Below, piece after piece: positions 56,561-64,000 of a DNA stretch of 64,000 bases. Position numbers and translations under genes: made by a program. Source of the stretch: an uncultured bacterium. Lineage in GTDB: Bacteria > Patescibacteriota > Minisyncoccia > UBA6257 > GWB1-50-10. Position 1 is the stretch's first letter. Every line of letters begins with the position of its first letter. A model generated the notes under the pieces. That model was not told the DNA's origin. It saw only the letters and a program-made list of their open reading frames with translations, and searched no databases. The DNA lies in NCBI GenBank assembly GCA_963768835.1, contig CAVYJB010000001.1:24420-88419 (forward strand), in the 5' to 3' direction.

Positions 56561-58483
56561 GTGCTGACACTCGAGCGAACCCCCGAGAACCCCATCGTGG
56601 TCCCCGATTCCCGGGAGGCTTGGCGCGCCGAGGCAACCTTTAATGGGTGTGTCGCCAAAGACCGCAACGGCATTCATATTCTCTATCGAGCTCTCTCATC
56701 CCCGCAGTATCAAGCGGGGGTGACAATGAACGTATCGACGATTGGCCATGCGGTCAGTCGCGATGGATTCCACTTCAAAGACCACGCGCAGTTCATCCGA
56801 CCGGAACATGACTGGGAACGGTTCGGTTGCGAGGACCCGCGGGTAACAAAGCTTGGGAATACTTACTATATTTTTTATACGTCGCTGAGCTCTTACCCCT
56901 TCAGCCCCGAGGGTATTACCGTGGGTCTTGCGCGTACTTCGAACTTCACTACCATCCGAGACAAGCACCATGTAACGCCTTTCAATGCAAAAGCGATGGC
57001 GCTTTTCCCAGAAAAAATAAGTGGAAAATTCGCCGCACTCCTTACCGCTAACACAGACCGACCACCGGCCCGTATAGGGCTCGCGCTTTTCGACGAAGAA
57101 GAGGACCTATGGTCCCCTGACTACTGGGAGCACTGGTACAGGAACCTTGAATCCCGCATCCTGCCTCTGGTACGTGACCCCGCGGACCAAGTAGAGGTGG
57201 GGGCACCGCCCCTAAAAACCAAGGCGGGGTGGCTTGTCGTCTATTCCTACATCCGGAACTATTTTCGTCCTCCCCAGCAGTTCGGGGTCGAAGCGGCCCT
57301 TCTCGATCTCCGTAACCCCCAAAAGGTCCTAGGAAGGACCTCGAGGCCATTCCTTGTACCGCAGGAAGAATACGAACGCTACGGAAAAGTGCCTAATATT
57401 GTTTTCCCTTCGGGAGCGCTCGTGCGGGGCAAGACTTTCCATCTTTACTATGGCGCCGCGGACACGACCTGTTGTCTCGCGAGCGCACCCCTTTCCGCCG
57501 TCCTGGGTACCGTCAAACCTCCCAAACGATCTCCTGTTCTCTTCGAACGCGCTCGCGAGAACCCTATCCTAGGGCCGCGCCCCGACCACACTTGGGAAAC
57601 AAGAGCTGTTTTCAATCCTGCGGCCCTACGCGCAGGCGGAAAAATTCATCTTCTCTACCGCGCAATGTCGGAGGACAACACTTCCGTCCTGGGCTATGCC
57701 GCAAGCCGGGACGGCGTCCATATCGACGAAAGGCTTCTTGAGCCAGCCTATAAACCCAGGACAGATTCAGAACGGAAAGGCCAGGCGGGTGGCAATTCCG
57801 GTTGCGAAGACCCGCGCCTTACACGAATCGGCGACACGATCTACATGTGCTATACCGCGTTCAATGGCATCCAGCCACCGCAGGTGGCGCTCTCTACCAT
57901 TTCGCTTCAAGACTTCCTCGCCCACCAATGGGTATGGAGCAACCCGGTGCTGATCTCGCCAGAGGGCATCGAGGACAAAGACGCTTGTCTTTTGCCTGCG
58001 AAGGTAAACGGGAAATTTATGGTGTTTCACCGTATCCGCACCTCTATTGATATCGACTTCGTGGATCACCTTGACCGTACGAAACGCCTCCCGCTCACTG
58101 ATAGCCGTTGGCTTCTTCCCCGGAAAGATAAATGGGATAGTGAAAAGGTTGGCATCGCGGCGCCTCCGTTGAAAACCAGCGAGGGTTGGCTCCTTTTGTA
58201 CCATGGCGTTTCTTCAGACGACCATTACTACCGCGTAGGAGCCGTGCTCCTCGCACTCAAGAATCCTTCGACGATCCTTGCTCGCACCGATGCGCCCCTC
58301 TTTGAACCGGATGAATGGTACGAACGGGAAGGCCAGGTTTCGAACGTTGTGTTTCCTTGCGGCGCTGTAATTCATGACAAACTTCTTCGTATCTACTATG
58401 GCGGCGCCGATCGTGTGGTTGGCACGGCATCCGCCGAACTCGAGCGATTGTTAAAACTTCTCAAGACCAGCAAGCTGAAATAA
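56561..58483 (+). CDS. Double-domain GH130-like protein, paralog 2 (GTG start 2 nt after paralog 1)
   Basis: Same twofold architecture: GIHILYRAL, FNPAALRAGGKIHLLYRAMSEDNTSVLGYAASRDGVHIDERL, GCEDPRLTRIGDTIYMCYTAFNG. Confidence 0.8.
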   Translation: MLTLERTPENPIVVPDSREAWRAEATFNGCVAKDRNGIHILYRALSSPQYQAGVTMNVSTIGHAVSRDGFHFKDHAQFIRPEHDWERFGCEDPRVTKLGNTYYIFYTSLSSYPFSPEGITVGLARTSNFTTIRDKHHVTPFNAKAMALFPEKISGKFAALLTANTDRPPARIGLALFDEEEDLWSPDYWEHWYRNLESRILPLVRDPADQVEVGAPPLKTKAGWLVVYSYIRNYFRPPQQFGVEAALLDLRNPQKVLGRTSRPFLVPQEEYERYGKVPNIVFPSGALVRGKTFHLYYGAADTTCCLASAPLSAVLGTVKPPKRSPVLFERARENPILGPRPDHTWETRAVFNPAALRAGGKIHLLYRAMSEDNTSVLGYAASRDGVHIDERLLEPAYKPRTDSERKGQAGGNSGCEDPRLTRIGDTIYMCYTAFNGIQPPQVALSTISLQDFLAHQWVWSNPVLISPEGIEDKDACLLPAKVNGKFMVFHRIRTSIDIDFVDHLDRTKRLPLTDSRWLLPRKDKWDSEKVGIAAPPLKTSEGWLLLYHGVSSDDHYYRVGAVLLALKNPSTILARTDAPLFEPDEWYEREGQVSNVVFPCGAVIHDKLLRIYYGGADRVVGTASAELERLLKLLKTSKLK

Positions 58484-58505
58484 GGTTGCGCTGACCTAAG
58501 AAAAC

Positions 58506-58535
58506 AAAATGACCCGCTTCGAAGCAGGTCATTTT
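58506..58535. terminator. Bidirectional terminator
   Basis: aaaatgacccgcttc/gaagcaggtcatttt palindrome between convergent genes. Confidence 0.7.
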
Positions 58536-58548
58536 AGAAACCTCAGGA

Positions 58549-58875
58549 CTATTGCTGCGGAGCTGTCGAAGTCGGACCTCCGTTTGGGAAGTTGACCGGC
58601 CCGTAGCCGCCCCGGACACCCATCATACTGCCATACCCCCCATAACCCCTCATCATCACAGGATAATGGCTAGAACCATAACGACCGTACCGCATCTGCC
58701 CCAGAAATCCCTTGAGCTCACCAAGTGCGAGACCTGCGCAGAACACAAACCCAAGCAGAATAAGCCCGAGAATCCAGCGAACAACGTGGTGCCGTCCACC
58801 GTAGCAGGCGCACCCCATGCATCGGCATCCTTCCGGGTGCCCATGCATTTGCTCCCCTTTGTTATTATTTTCCAT
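58549..58875 (-). CDS. Small membrane protein with N-terminal Cys/His-rich metal-binding-like motif and Gly/Tyr/Met-rich tail
   Basis: MHGHPEGCRCMGCACYGGRHH, then a TM helix, then YGRYGSSHYPVMMRGYGGYGSMMGVRGGYG. Confidence 0.5.
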   Translation of the reverse strand: MENNNKGEQMHGHPEGCRCMGCACYGGRHHVVRWILGLILLGFVFCAGLALGELKGFLGQMRYGRYGSSHYPVMMRGYGGYGSMMGVRGGYGPVNFPNGGPTSTAPQQ

Positions 58876-59097
58876 AAATTATGAATGGATATGAATATGT
58901 GAACACCGACCTTTCCGTCCATTATACCGAATGACTTATACGCGAGGCAAGAAGGACAAAATCCTGTTGTGGTAGCCTTTGATGAGTCTTATCGTACCAT
59001 ACCATAAATAAAGAGATGTGCACCGCACATGAGAGTTTCGCGGTATTAGAAGATGCAGGCCGGTGGGGAACCGGCCTAGGTTATAATTAAGGTAGCA

Positions 59098-59331
59098 ATG
59101 ACAACTATCCTTGGTAACGATCTTGTATGGTGGACCGGTATCCTCGGAGGCTTTTTCTCGCTCCTTCTGCTCGTGACCGCTATCGTAAAACAGTACAACT
59201 GGAAAATCTTCCTACGCTGGCAAATACCGCTTACTCCCCTCCACCACTGGTTTGGGTGGATTGCAGTTGGTTTCCTTGCTATCCATTTCCTTCTCGCGAT
59301 CTTCCAATTCAATTTCCATGTCTATTTTTGA
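59098..59331 (+). CDS. Small 2-TM membrane protein with conserved His residues (possible redox-partner subunit)
   Basis: TM1 WTGILGGFFSLLLLVTAIV, TM2 WFGWIAVGFLAIHFLLAIF, with PLHHW; 14-nt overlap with the downstream FNR-like gene. Confidence 0.5.
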   Translation: MTTILGNDLVWWTGILGGFFSLLLLVTAIVKQYNWKIFLRWQIPLTPLHHWFGWIAVGFLAIHFLLAIFQFNFHVYF

Positions 59332-60040
59332 GAACCTCCTGGCACGGCTTGAGGCCGTGCCACTCCAGATGCAGATCACTTCGTCGGAACCTATCGGCTC
59401 CCACATCCAGAAAGTGACGCTTGCCTATCCGCGTGGACAGGCGAAGGAATTCCCCATCGGTTCCTATATCCAACCCATGATCGCGGGGTGTATACCGAGG
59501 GCCTACTCTATCGTAGAGGCGACCGACAGGAACTGCACTATCATTGTAAGCACGAGTGGTCGTGGGGTGGGCGCTCGGTTTTTCGAGAATGCTCCGGTGG
59601 GTACGCCTATCGAAAGCTTCGGGCCTTTCAGCGATTTTCCTTACCGATATGGCACCGGCCGATCGAAAATATTCCTGGCGACCGGAACCGGCGTGGCACC
59701 TTTTGTCCGAATGATACCGGAAGCCATCCACGAAAACCTCCCTGCTCTTCTGGCCCTCGGCGTTCCAGAAGAACGCGATATCCCCTACCGTGCATACCTC
59801 GAGAGCCTCTCCGCCCGCACTCCAAGCTTCCACTGTCTTTTTGTTCTTTCGCGGGCCAGCAAGACCTGGGAAGGCCCTCGAGGGTATATAACAGATCAGT
59901 TTGAGGGCACTCGAGAGGAATGGCTTCGTGCAAGCGACGTTTATGTCTGCGGAATCCCCGCTATGACGGAGGGTACCCGAGAGCTTCTTCGCCGGGTCCA
60001 CGTGCCGCGAAAACAAATCTTTGTCCAAAAGTTTGGATAA
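59318..60040 (+). CDS. FNR-like FAD/NAD(P)-binding oxidoreductase (ferredoxin-NADP reductase / ferric-reductase C-terminal-domain type)
   Basis: RAYSIVE (RxYS FAD motif), GTGVAPF, C-terminal VCGIPAM; start at MSIFENLL. Confidence 0.75.
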   Translation: MSIFENLLARLEAVPLQMQITSSEPIGSHIQKVTLAYPRGQAKEFPIGSYIQPMIAGCIPRAYSIVEATDRNCTIIVSTSGRGVGARFFENAPVGTPIESFGPFSDFPYRYGTGRSKIFLATGTGVAPFVRMIPEAIHENLPALLALGVPEERDIPYRAYLESLSARTPSFHCLFVLSRASKTWEGPRGYITDQFEGTREEWLRASDVYVCGIPAMTEGTRELLRRVHVPRKQIFVQKFG

Positions 60041-60047
60041 ATCCTTT

Positions 60048-60548
60048 ATGAAAGACGAGTTCGACTCTCCGACAACCAGTGCGACCGTAAAGGAAAGCGG
60101 AAATCTTAGAAGCGTACGCACCTACGGAGAATTACTCCTTCTTCTGCTCCTCGTGGCGCATGCAGTAGCCTTCCTCGCTTTCCGTTGGGTGGAGCGTGAT
60201 GAAATCCAATCTGAACTCACCGATTTCGTACGAAACGCACCAGTGAATGTTTTTGGCCCCCAAGGAGCGGATCTTGGACCCTCTTCCAATGGCATCGTAG
60301 TCCTTCGCTATGGCGATGCCGGTCCGGGATGGGGTTTCCATGAAACGAGTATCCAGGGCCAGGAATACCTTTCTTTTGCGCCGCCTGGCGGCAACCTTGT
60401 AGTCGCGAAATCTGAAGGAGATCTTCATCAGGAAGAGATGCGCATCGCTCTCATCCTTGCAGTTCTCTACATCGGCGAGGTTATTTTGCTCTTTGGATGG
60501 TGGTCGTTCCTTAAGGAACGACTGAAAACACTTTTCACGGTCTCCTAG
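60048..60548 (+). CDS. Hypothetical membrane protein (N- and C-terminal TM helices)
   Basis: ATG 8 nt after the FNR-like stop; alternative TTG at 60021. Confidence 0.45.
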   Translation: MKDEFDSPTTSATVKESGNLRSVRTYGELLLLLLLVAHAVAFLAFRWVERDEIQSELTDFVRNAPVNVFGPQGADLGPSSNGIVVLRYGDAGPGWGFHETSIQGQEYLSFAPPGGNLVVAKSEGDLHQEEMRIALILAVLYIGEVILLFGWWSFLKERLKTLFTVS

Positions 60549-60552
60549 TGCT

Positions 60553-61092
60553 ATGTCAAAGAAACTACTCCAACGATTCCTCATTTTTTTCTTTTCCTGG
60601 ACCTTCCTCATCATTCTGGTGGTAGGCTGGGTTCGTACAAAACGCCAAGGAGGGACGGTACAGGTAAGCCTAGTATCAAGCCAGAGCACCTCGACGGCCC
60701 CAACCAAGCCGAGCACCGTGCCGAGTACCCCTTCGGTAACGCCGCCTGCATCACCCTCACAAAACACGCCGAAGTCAACGGCGCCAAAACCACCGAGCAC
60801 CCCTACACCTCCGCCTGCCCCAGCCCCAACGCAACAGACCTTCACAGGATCCACGTACAGCATTCCATGGGGCAACGTGACAGTCTCCGTCACGACAGAC
60901 GGCGGGAAGATTGTCGCCGTGGATACGCCGGATATCCCGAATTCACCGCCTAGCCGTTACGCGCAGCCTATTCTTATCCAACAGGCTCTCCAGGCTGGCT
61001 CCGCAAACATCCAAGGAGTCTCCGGCGCAACTTATACAAGCCTTGCATTCCAGAAATCGCTTGAAAATGCGATCGCGCAGGCCGGTCTCTGA
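60553..61092 (+). CDS. Membrane-anchored FMN-binding domain protein with Pro/Thr/Ser-rich linker (NqrC/RnfG/PplA-like)
   Basis: Signal anchor; ~55-aa PTS-rich spacer; C-terminal FMN_bind domain with SGATYTS flavinylation-type motif. Confidence 0.75.
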   Translation: MSKKLLQRFLIFFFSWTFLIILVVGWVRTKRQGGTVQVSLVSSQSTSTAPTKPSTVPSTPSVTPPASPSQNTPKSTAPKPPSTPTPPPAPAPTQQTFTGSTYSIPWGNVTVSVTTDGGKIVAVDTPDIPNSPPSRYAQPILIQQALQAGSANIQGVSGATYTSLAFQKSLENAIAQAGL

Positions 61093-61096
61093 ACCC

Positions 61097-62005
61097 ATGC
61101 CCGTGGAAGAACACGTAGTGTTCCATTCGATGGGCTTACCCGTCCATCTCACGCTCATTGGGGTCACGCCATCTCAAGCGGCTGTCTTCGGGCAACGAGC
61201 TGAAACGGTCTTCCAAAAATGGGATCGGGTCTTCAGCCGCTTCCGAGAGGACAGCGAATTGGCGAGATTGAATGCCCATGCGGGAGAGTGGGTGGAGGTG
61301 AGCCCATTAATGCTCGAGGTGCTTGGGAAATGTCTCGCGCTGACTAAAGAAACGGAAGGATGTTTCGATCCGAGCGCGGGGAGCTACCTTGCTGCAGCCG
61401 GCTATGGCCTTCCCAAAAACCTTATCCTCCCTACACAGGTACCGACTTATCGCGATATAGCGATGGACATACCGAACAGCCGTATACGGACTGCTCCCAG
61501 ACAGGTACTCGAGCCTGCGGCTCTCGTGAAGGGCATGGCGATCGACGCCGCGGGAACCGCCCTCGCTGGTGTCCCCGCCTGGATGGTCAATGCTGGGGGC
61601 GATCTCCGCACTCAAGGCGACTATCCTGGGCAGGGAGCGTGGAATGTCGCTATCCAGGCCCCTCAAGATCGCCGAGCAGTTATTTCCACCGTTCGCGCTC
61701 GTAACGAAGCGGTCGCCACTTCTGGGACTTATGAAACGACCTGGGAATCCGGACGGGAAAGATGGCACCACCAAATAAACATGACAACGGGTAAGCCGAC
61801 GACCGGGGTCATAAGTGTCACGGTTCTTGCCCCTACCGCAGAACTCGCCGACGGATTTTCGAGCGCTGCGCTCCTTCTTGGCATCAAAACTGGCTCTGCG
61901 TACCTCAATCGACATGGCATCCCATGGATGTGTGTCGATAACATGGGTCGAATGTTTCGGAACGAGATGTACCATGAGCGAGAAATGGCTATTACCCACG
62001 CATAG
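61097..62005 (+). CDS. apbE: FAD:protein FMN transferase (ApbE family)
   Basis: ApbE-like blocks (SELARLN, GCFDPSAG, KGMAIDAAG, AVATSGTYE); start 5 nt after the FMN-binding gene. Confidence 0.85.
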   Translation: MPVEEHVVFHSMGLPVHLTLIGVTPSQAAVFGQRAETVFQKWDRVFSRFREDSELARLNAHAGEWVEVSPLMLEVLGKCLALTKETEGCFDPSAGSYLAAAGYGLPKNLILPTQVPTYRDIAMDIPNSRIRTAPRQVLEPAALVKGMAIDAAGTALAGVPAWMVNAGGDLRTQGDYPGQGAWNVAIQAPQDRRAVISTVRARNEAVATSGTYETTWESGRERWHHQINMTTGKPTTGVISVTVLAPTAELADGFSSAALLLGIKTGSAYLNRHGIPWMCVDNMGRMFRNEMYHEREMAITHA

Positions 62006-62074
62006 GAAATAAAATAAGAGCCGTCCCAGTCGCAACGGCTCTTATTATTATGCCTTAAGATTAAAAATCAGGGA

Positions 62075-62875
62075 CTAGGGAGTTGTTGAAGTAGACGTGG
62101 TAGTAGCTGTGGTCCCAATCCCACCCATCGCCTTCAATTCTTTTACAATGCTCACGGCGTCCTGGCGGGCCGCTTGTAGATCGGACATCGCAGTCTTCAA
62201 TTTCGATCGAGCATCTTTCAGCATCTGAGTATTGGCCTGAAGCTTCGTCGGATCTCCCTGGTCAGGCGTTAAACCAGAGATTTCCGCCACAGCTGTCTGC
62301 GCTTGCGTCTGGGCATCTGAAACCTTGGTGCTTAGATCTGTAAGTGAGGTCTGGAGCGCAGCTACATCGCTCCCCGCGCTCTGGGCCGCCGTGATGCGAG
62401 TTTGGAGTTTTGTGGCAATGATAGAAAGGTTATCCACGATTGTAAGCACCCGATCCGTGGCCGCAGTGATAGCACCTTGGGGAATGACGAGGAGGTAAAT
62501 CCGATAAGATTTCGTGATGGACTGCAGGTCCGTACGAAGCGTTGGGAGATCCGTGTCAGCTGCTACTTTCGTTTGCAACGCCGTGAGTTCGGTTTCCTGC
62601 GCCTGAATCGACGAAGCAAGGTTGTCCTTTTCGGTGCCCGAAAGCTTCTGCATATCCTGGATACGCGTAGCGAGCGCTTGGAGACCCTGAAGTCGACGAT
62701 TGATCTCCTGGTTCGCTCGGCTTATAAGCGTTTGTATCCGAGCAGCAGCGGAACCCCCAGTCGTAGAGGATGCGTTTGGCAGTACAACCGCAGAAACCGA
62801 GATGGCCCCCACGAGAAAAATGGTAACGCCGAGAACGACTGGGATGGCCGCGGTGCTGATTGTTTTATAGTTCAT
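62075..62875 (-). CDS. Secreted coiled-coil hypothetical protein
   Basis: Signal anchor; Gln/Ala/Thr-rich heptad-like sequence; Thr/Ser tail. Confidence 0.5.
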   Translation of the reverse strand: MNYKTISTAAIPVVLGVTIFLVGAISVSAVVLPNASSTTGGSAAARIQTLISRANQEINRRLQGLQALATRIQDMQKLSGTEKDNLASSIQAQETELTALQTKVAADTDLPTLRTDLQSITKSYRIYLLVIPQGAITAATDRVLTIVDNLSIIATKLQTRITAAQSAGSDVAALQTSLTDLSTKVSDAQTQAQTAVAEISGLTPDQGDPTKLQANTQMLKDARSKLKTAMSDLQAARQDAVSIVKELKAMGGIGTTATTTSTSTTP

Positions 62876-62900
62876 GGTTCTAAAAATAGTTTAGTTTCCT

Positions 62901-63224
62901 CTATTGACCCTGCGGGATGGGTTGGTCATTTAAACTCTGGTCAACACTAGATGCATCGGCATTGAGTCCGTTCATTTGGGTATCGATGTTTTGAAGATCT
63001 TGGTCAAGCGCTGCGTTCGAAGTATCCTGAGGCGAGATAGTCCCCGACATGGCGGAAGAGCTTGTAACTGGAGCGCCCGAAGTCGGCTGGCTCGCAACCG
63101 GAACTGGCGCACTTGGTGCCGGCGAAGGAGCGCTCGGACCCTGTTGACTCACGAGCCACCAAACTCCGCCTACAACTACGACTAACACAATGGCCCCGAT
63201 GATCATATTAGAAGATTTTTGCAT
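62901..63224 (-). CDS. Small membrane-anchored hypothetical protein
   Basis: N-terminal TM IIGAIVLVVVVGGVWWLV, Pro/Ser-rich and acidic tail. Confidence 0.45.
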   Translation of the reverse strand: MQKSSNMIIGAIVLVVVVGGVWWLVSQQGPSAPSPAPSAPVPVASQPTSGAPVTSSSAMSGTISPQDTSNAALDQDLQNIDTQMNGLNADASSVDQSLNDQPIPQGQ

Positions 63225-63399
63225 AGTTCTAGATTCGAATATTTTATGGGCGACTTTTTATGGCCCTATTATTATATATATTTAGGAAAGCTTTTAGAAT
63301 AGCGTAGTCTGCTCTTTAATAATACGGCAAATCAGATAGGAATATTTCATCCTAACTAAAACGCACCGAATTGAGCTCCCCCACGGTAATAGTTAAGGT

Positions 63400-64000
63400 A
63401 TGGACCCCAAAGGAAAGGTGGCCATCGTAACCGGAGCTTCCGAAGGCATCGGGCAATTGACCGCGCGGTATCTTGCTGATCAAGGAGCAAAACTTGTACT
63501 CGCGGCCCGTTCTAGCAAGATTCTAGAAAAGTTTGCAACAGAGCTTCCAGATGCTATCGCGGTTACTACGGATATGCGTCGATCAAAATATATTGAGCGC
63601 CTGGTGGACGCAGCGTTGGAGCATTATGGCCGCATTGATATCCTGGTGAACAACGCAGGCCAAGGAATCTACGGACCAGTGGAGACTATTGACATCGGCC
63701 AGTACCAGAGCGTCATCGAGTTAAACGTGTTCGGACCGCTCCGAGCAATGCAGGCTGTCATCCCGGCGATGCGTTCGCAAGGAGGCGGCGTAATCTTGAA
63801 CGTGAGTTCTCTCGTCTCCAAGAACTATTTCCCGAACCTCGGTGCCTATGCCTCCACAAAATATGCCCTGAACGCCCTATCGCTGACCGCGCGTACGGAG
63901 CTCGCGAAGTACGGAATCATAGTTTCCGTATTTCATCCTCGCATGACGGCCACGGCCTTCGGGAAGAATGCAATCGGGACACGCCCTACCTGGAATACGG
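63400..64000 (+). CDS. Short-chain dehydrogenase/reductase (SDR), 3'-truncated by the window edge
   Basis: TGASEGIG Rossmann motif, NNAG, and S...YxxxK catalytic triad (YASTKYAL). Confidence 0.85.
   Translation, partial: MDPKGKVAIVTGASEGIGQLTARYLADQGAKLVLAARSSKILEKFATELPDAIAVTTDMRRSKYIERLVDAALEHYGRIDILVNNAGQGIYGPVETIDIGQYQSVIELNVFGPLRAMQAVIPAMRSQGGGVILNVSSLVSKNYFPNLGAYASTKYALNALSLTARTELAKYGIIVSVFHPRMTATAFGKNAIGTRPTWNT

Noticed and set aside
1-64000. CRISPR arrays, rRNA genes, IS elements/transposases, integrases
   Set aside because: No regularly spaced short direct repeats, no rRNA-like conserved blocks, and no DDE or tyrosine-recombinase motifs were seen in any frame.

Overview
This 64-kb window is a dense, largely housekeeping bacterial segment, and I report about 70 coding regions, three tRNAs, a dozen terminators and a few promoters. 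The GC content looks high (roughly 55-60 %) with several visibly AT-richer blocks. It has the flavour of a reduced-genome organism, possibly Candidate Phyla Radiation/Patescibacteria, though that is inference only. Indicators are many small single-pass membrane proteins, a short gamma-only dnaX, def-fmt, two tandem double-domain GH130-like genes, DUF4258, and a fragmentary cell-wall/division cluster (FemX-like, M23 peptidase, gltX, murG, ftsW, an amidohydrolase, mraY, D-Ala-D-Ala carboxypeptidase, scpB/scpA). Confident calls include an RRM RNA-binding protein, an NRAMP transporter, msrA, a ccdA plus DipZ-like thioredoxin pair, a frameshifted DEAD-box helicase, a VOC protein, an ATP-cone protein, an ABC exporter, a histidine phosphatase and the def-fmt, thpR-ctp-rplI and rpmA operons. 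Further confident calls are rmuC, secA, an alpha/beta hydrolase, a PD-(D/E)xK nuclease, ychF, a 3-methyladenine glycosylase, a PEBP protein, dnaX and a 3'-truncated SDR. The tRNAs found are tRNA-Gln(CTG), tRNA-Leu(GAG) and tRNA-Gln(TTG). I found no rRNA, CRISPR array, transposase or integrase. The most interesting candidates are: (1) a five-gene module at 59.1-62.0 kb that looks like an extracytoplasmic flavin electron-transfer system of the FLEET/Nqr type: a His-bearing 2-TM protein, an FNR-like oxidoreductase, a membrane protein, a membrane-anchored FMN-binding domain protein and the ApbE flavin transferase; (2) a small AT-rich cargo block flanked by 42-44 bp direct repeats that include the 3' end of tRNA-Gln(CTG), with degenerate tRNA fragments, i.e. 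an integrated-element remnant; (3) a cassette of small membrane protein, RmuC, a wHTH plus pol-beta nucleotidyltransferase and a small putative PD-(D/E)xK protein; (4) a membrane-anchored bPH_2-AlbA_2 fusion and an orphan Cas4/RecB-like nuclease. Everything below rests on motif recognition by eye; no database search was possible.
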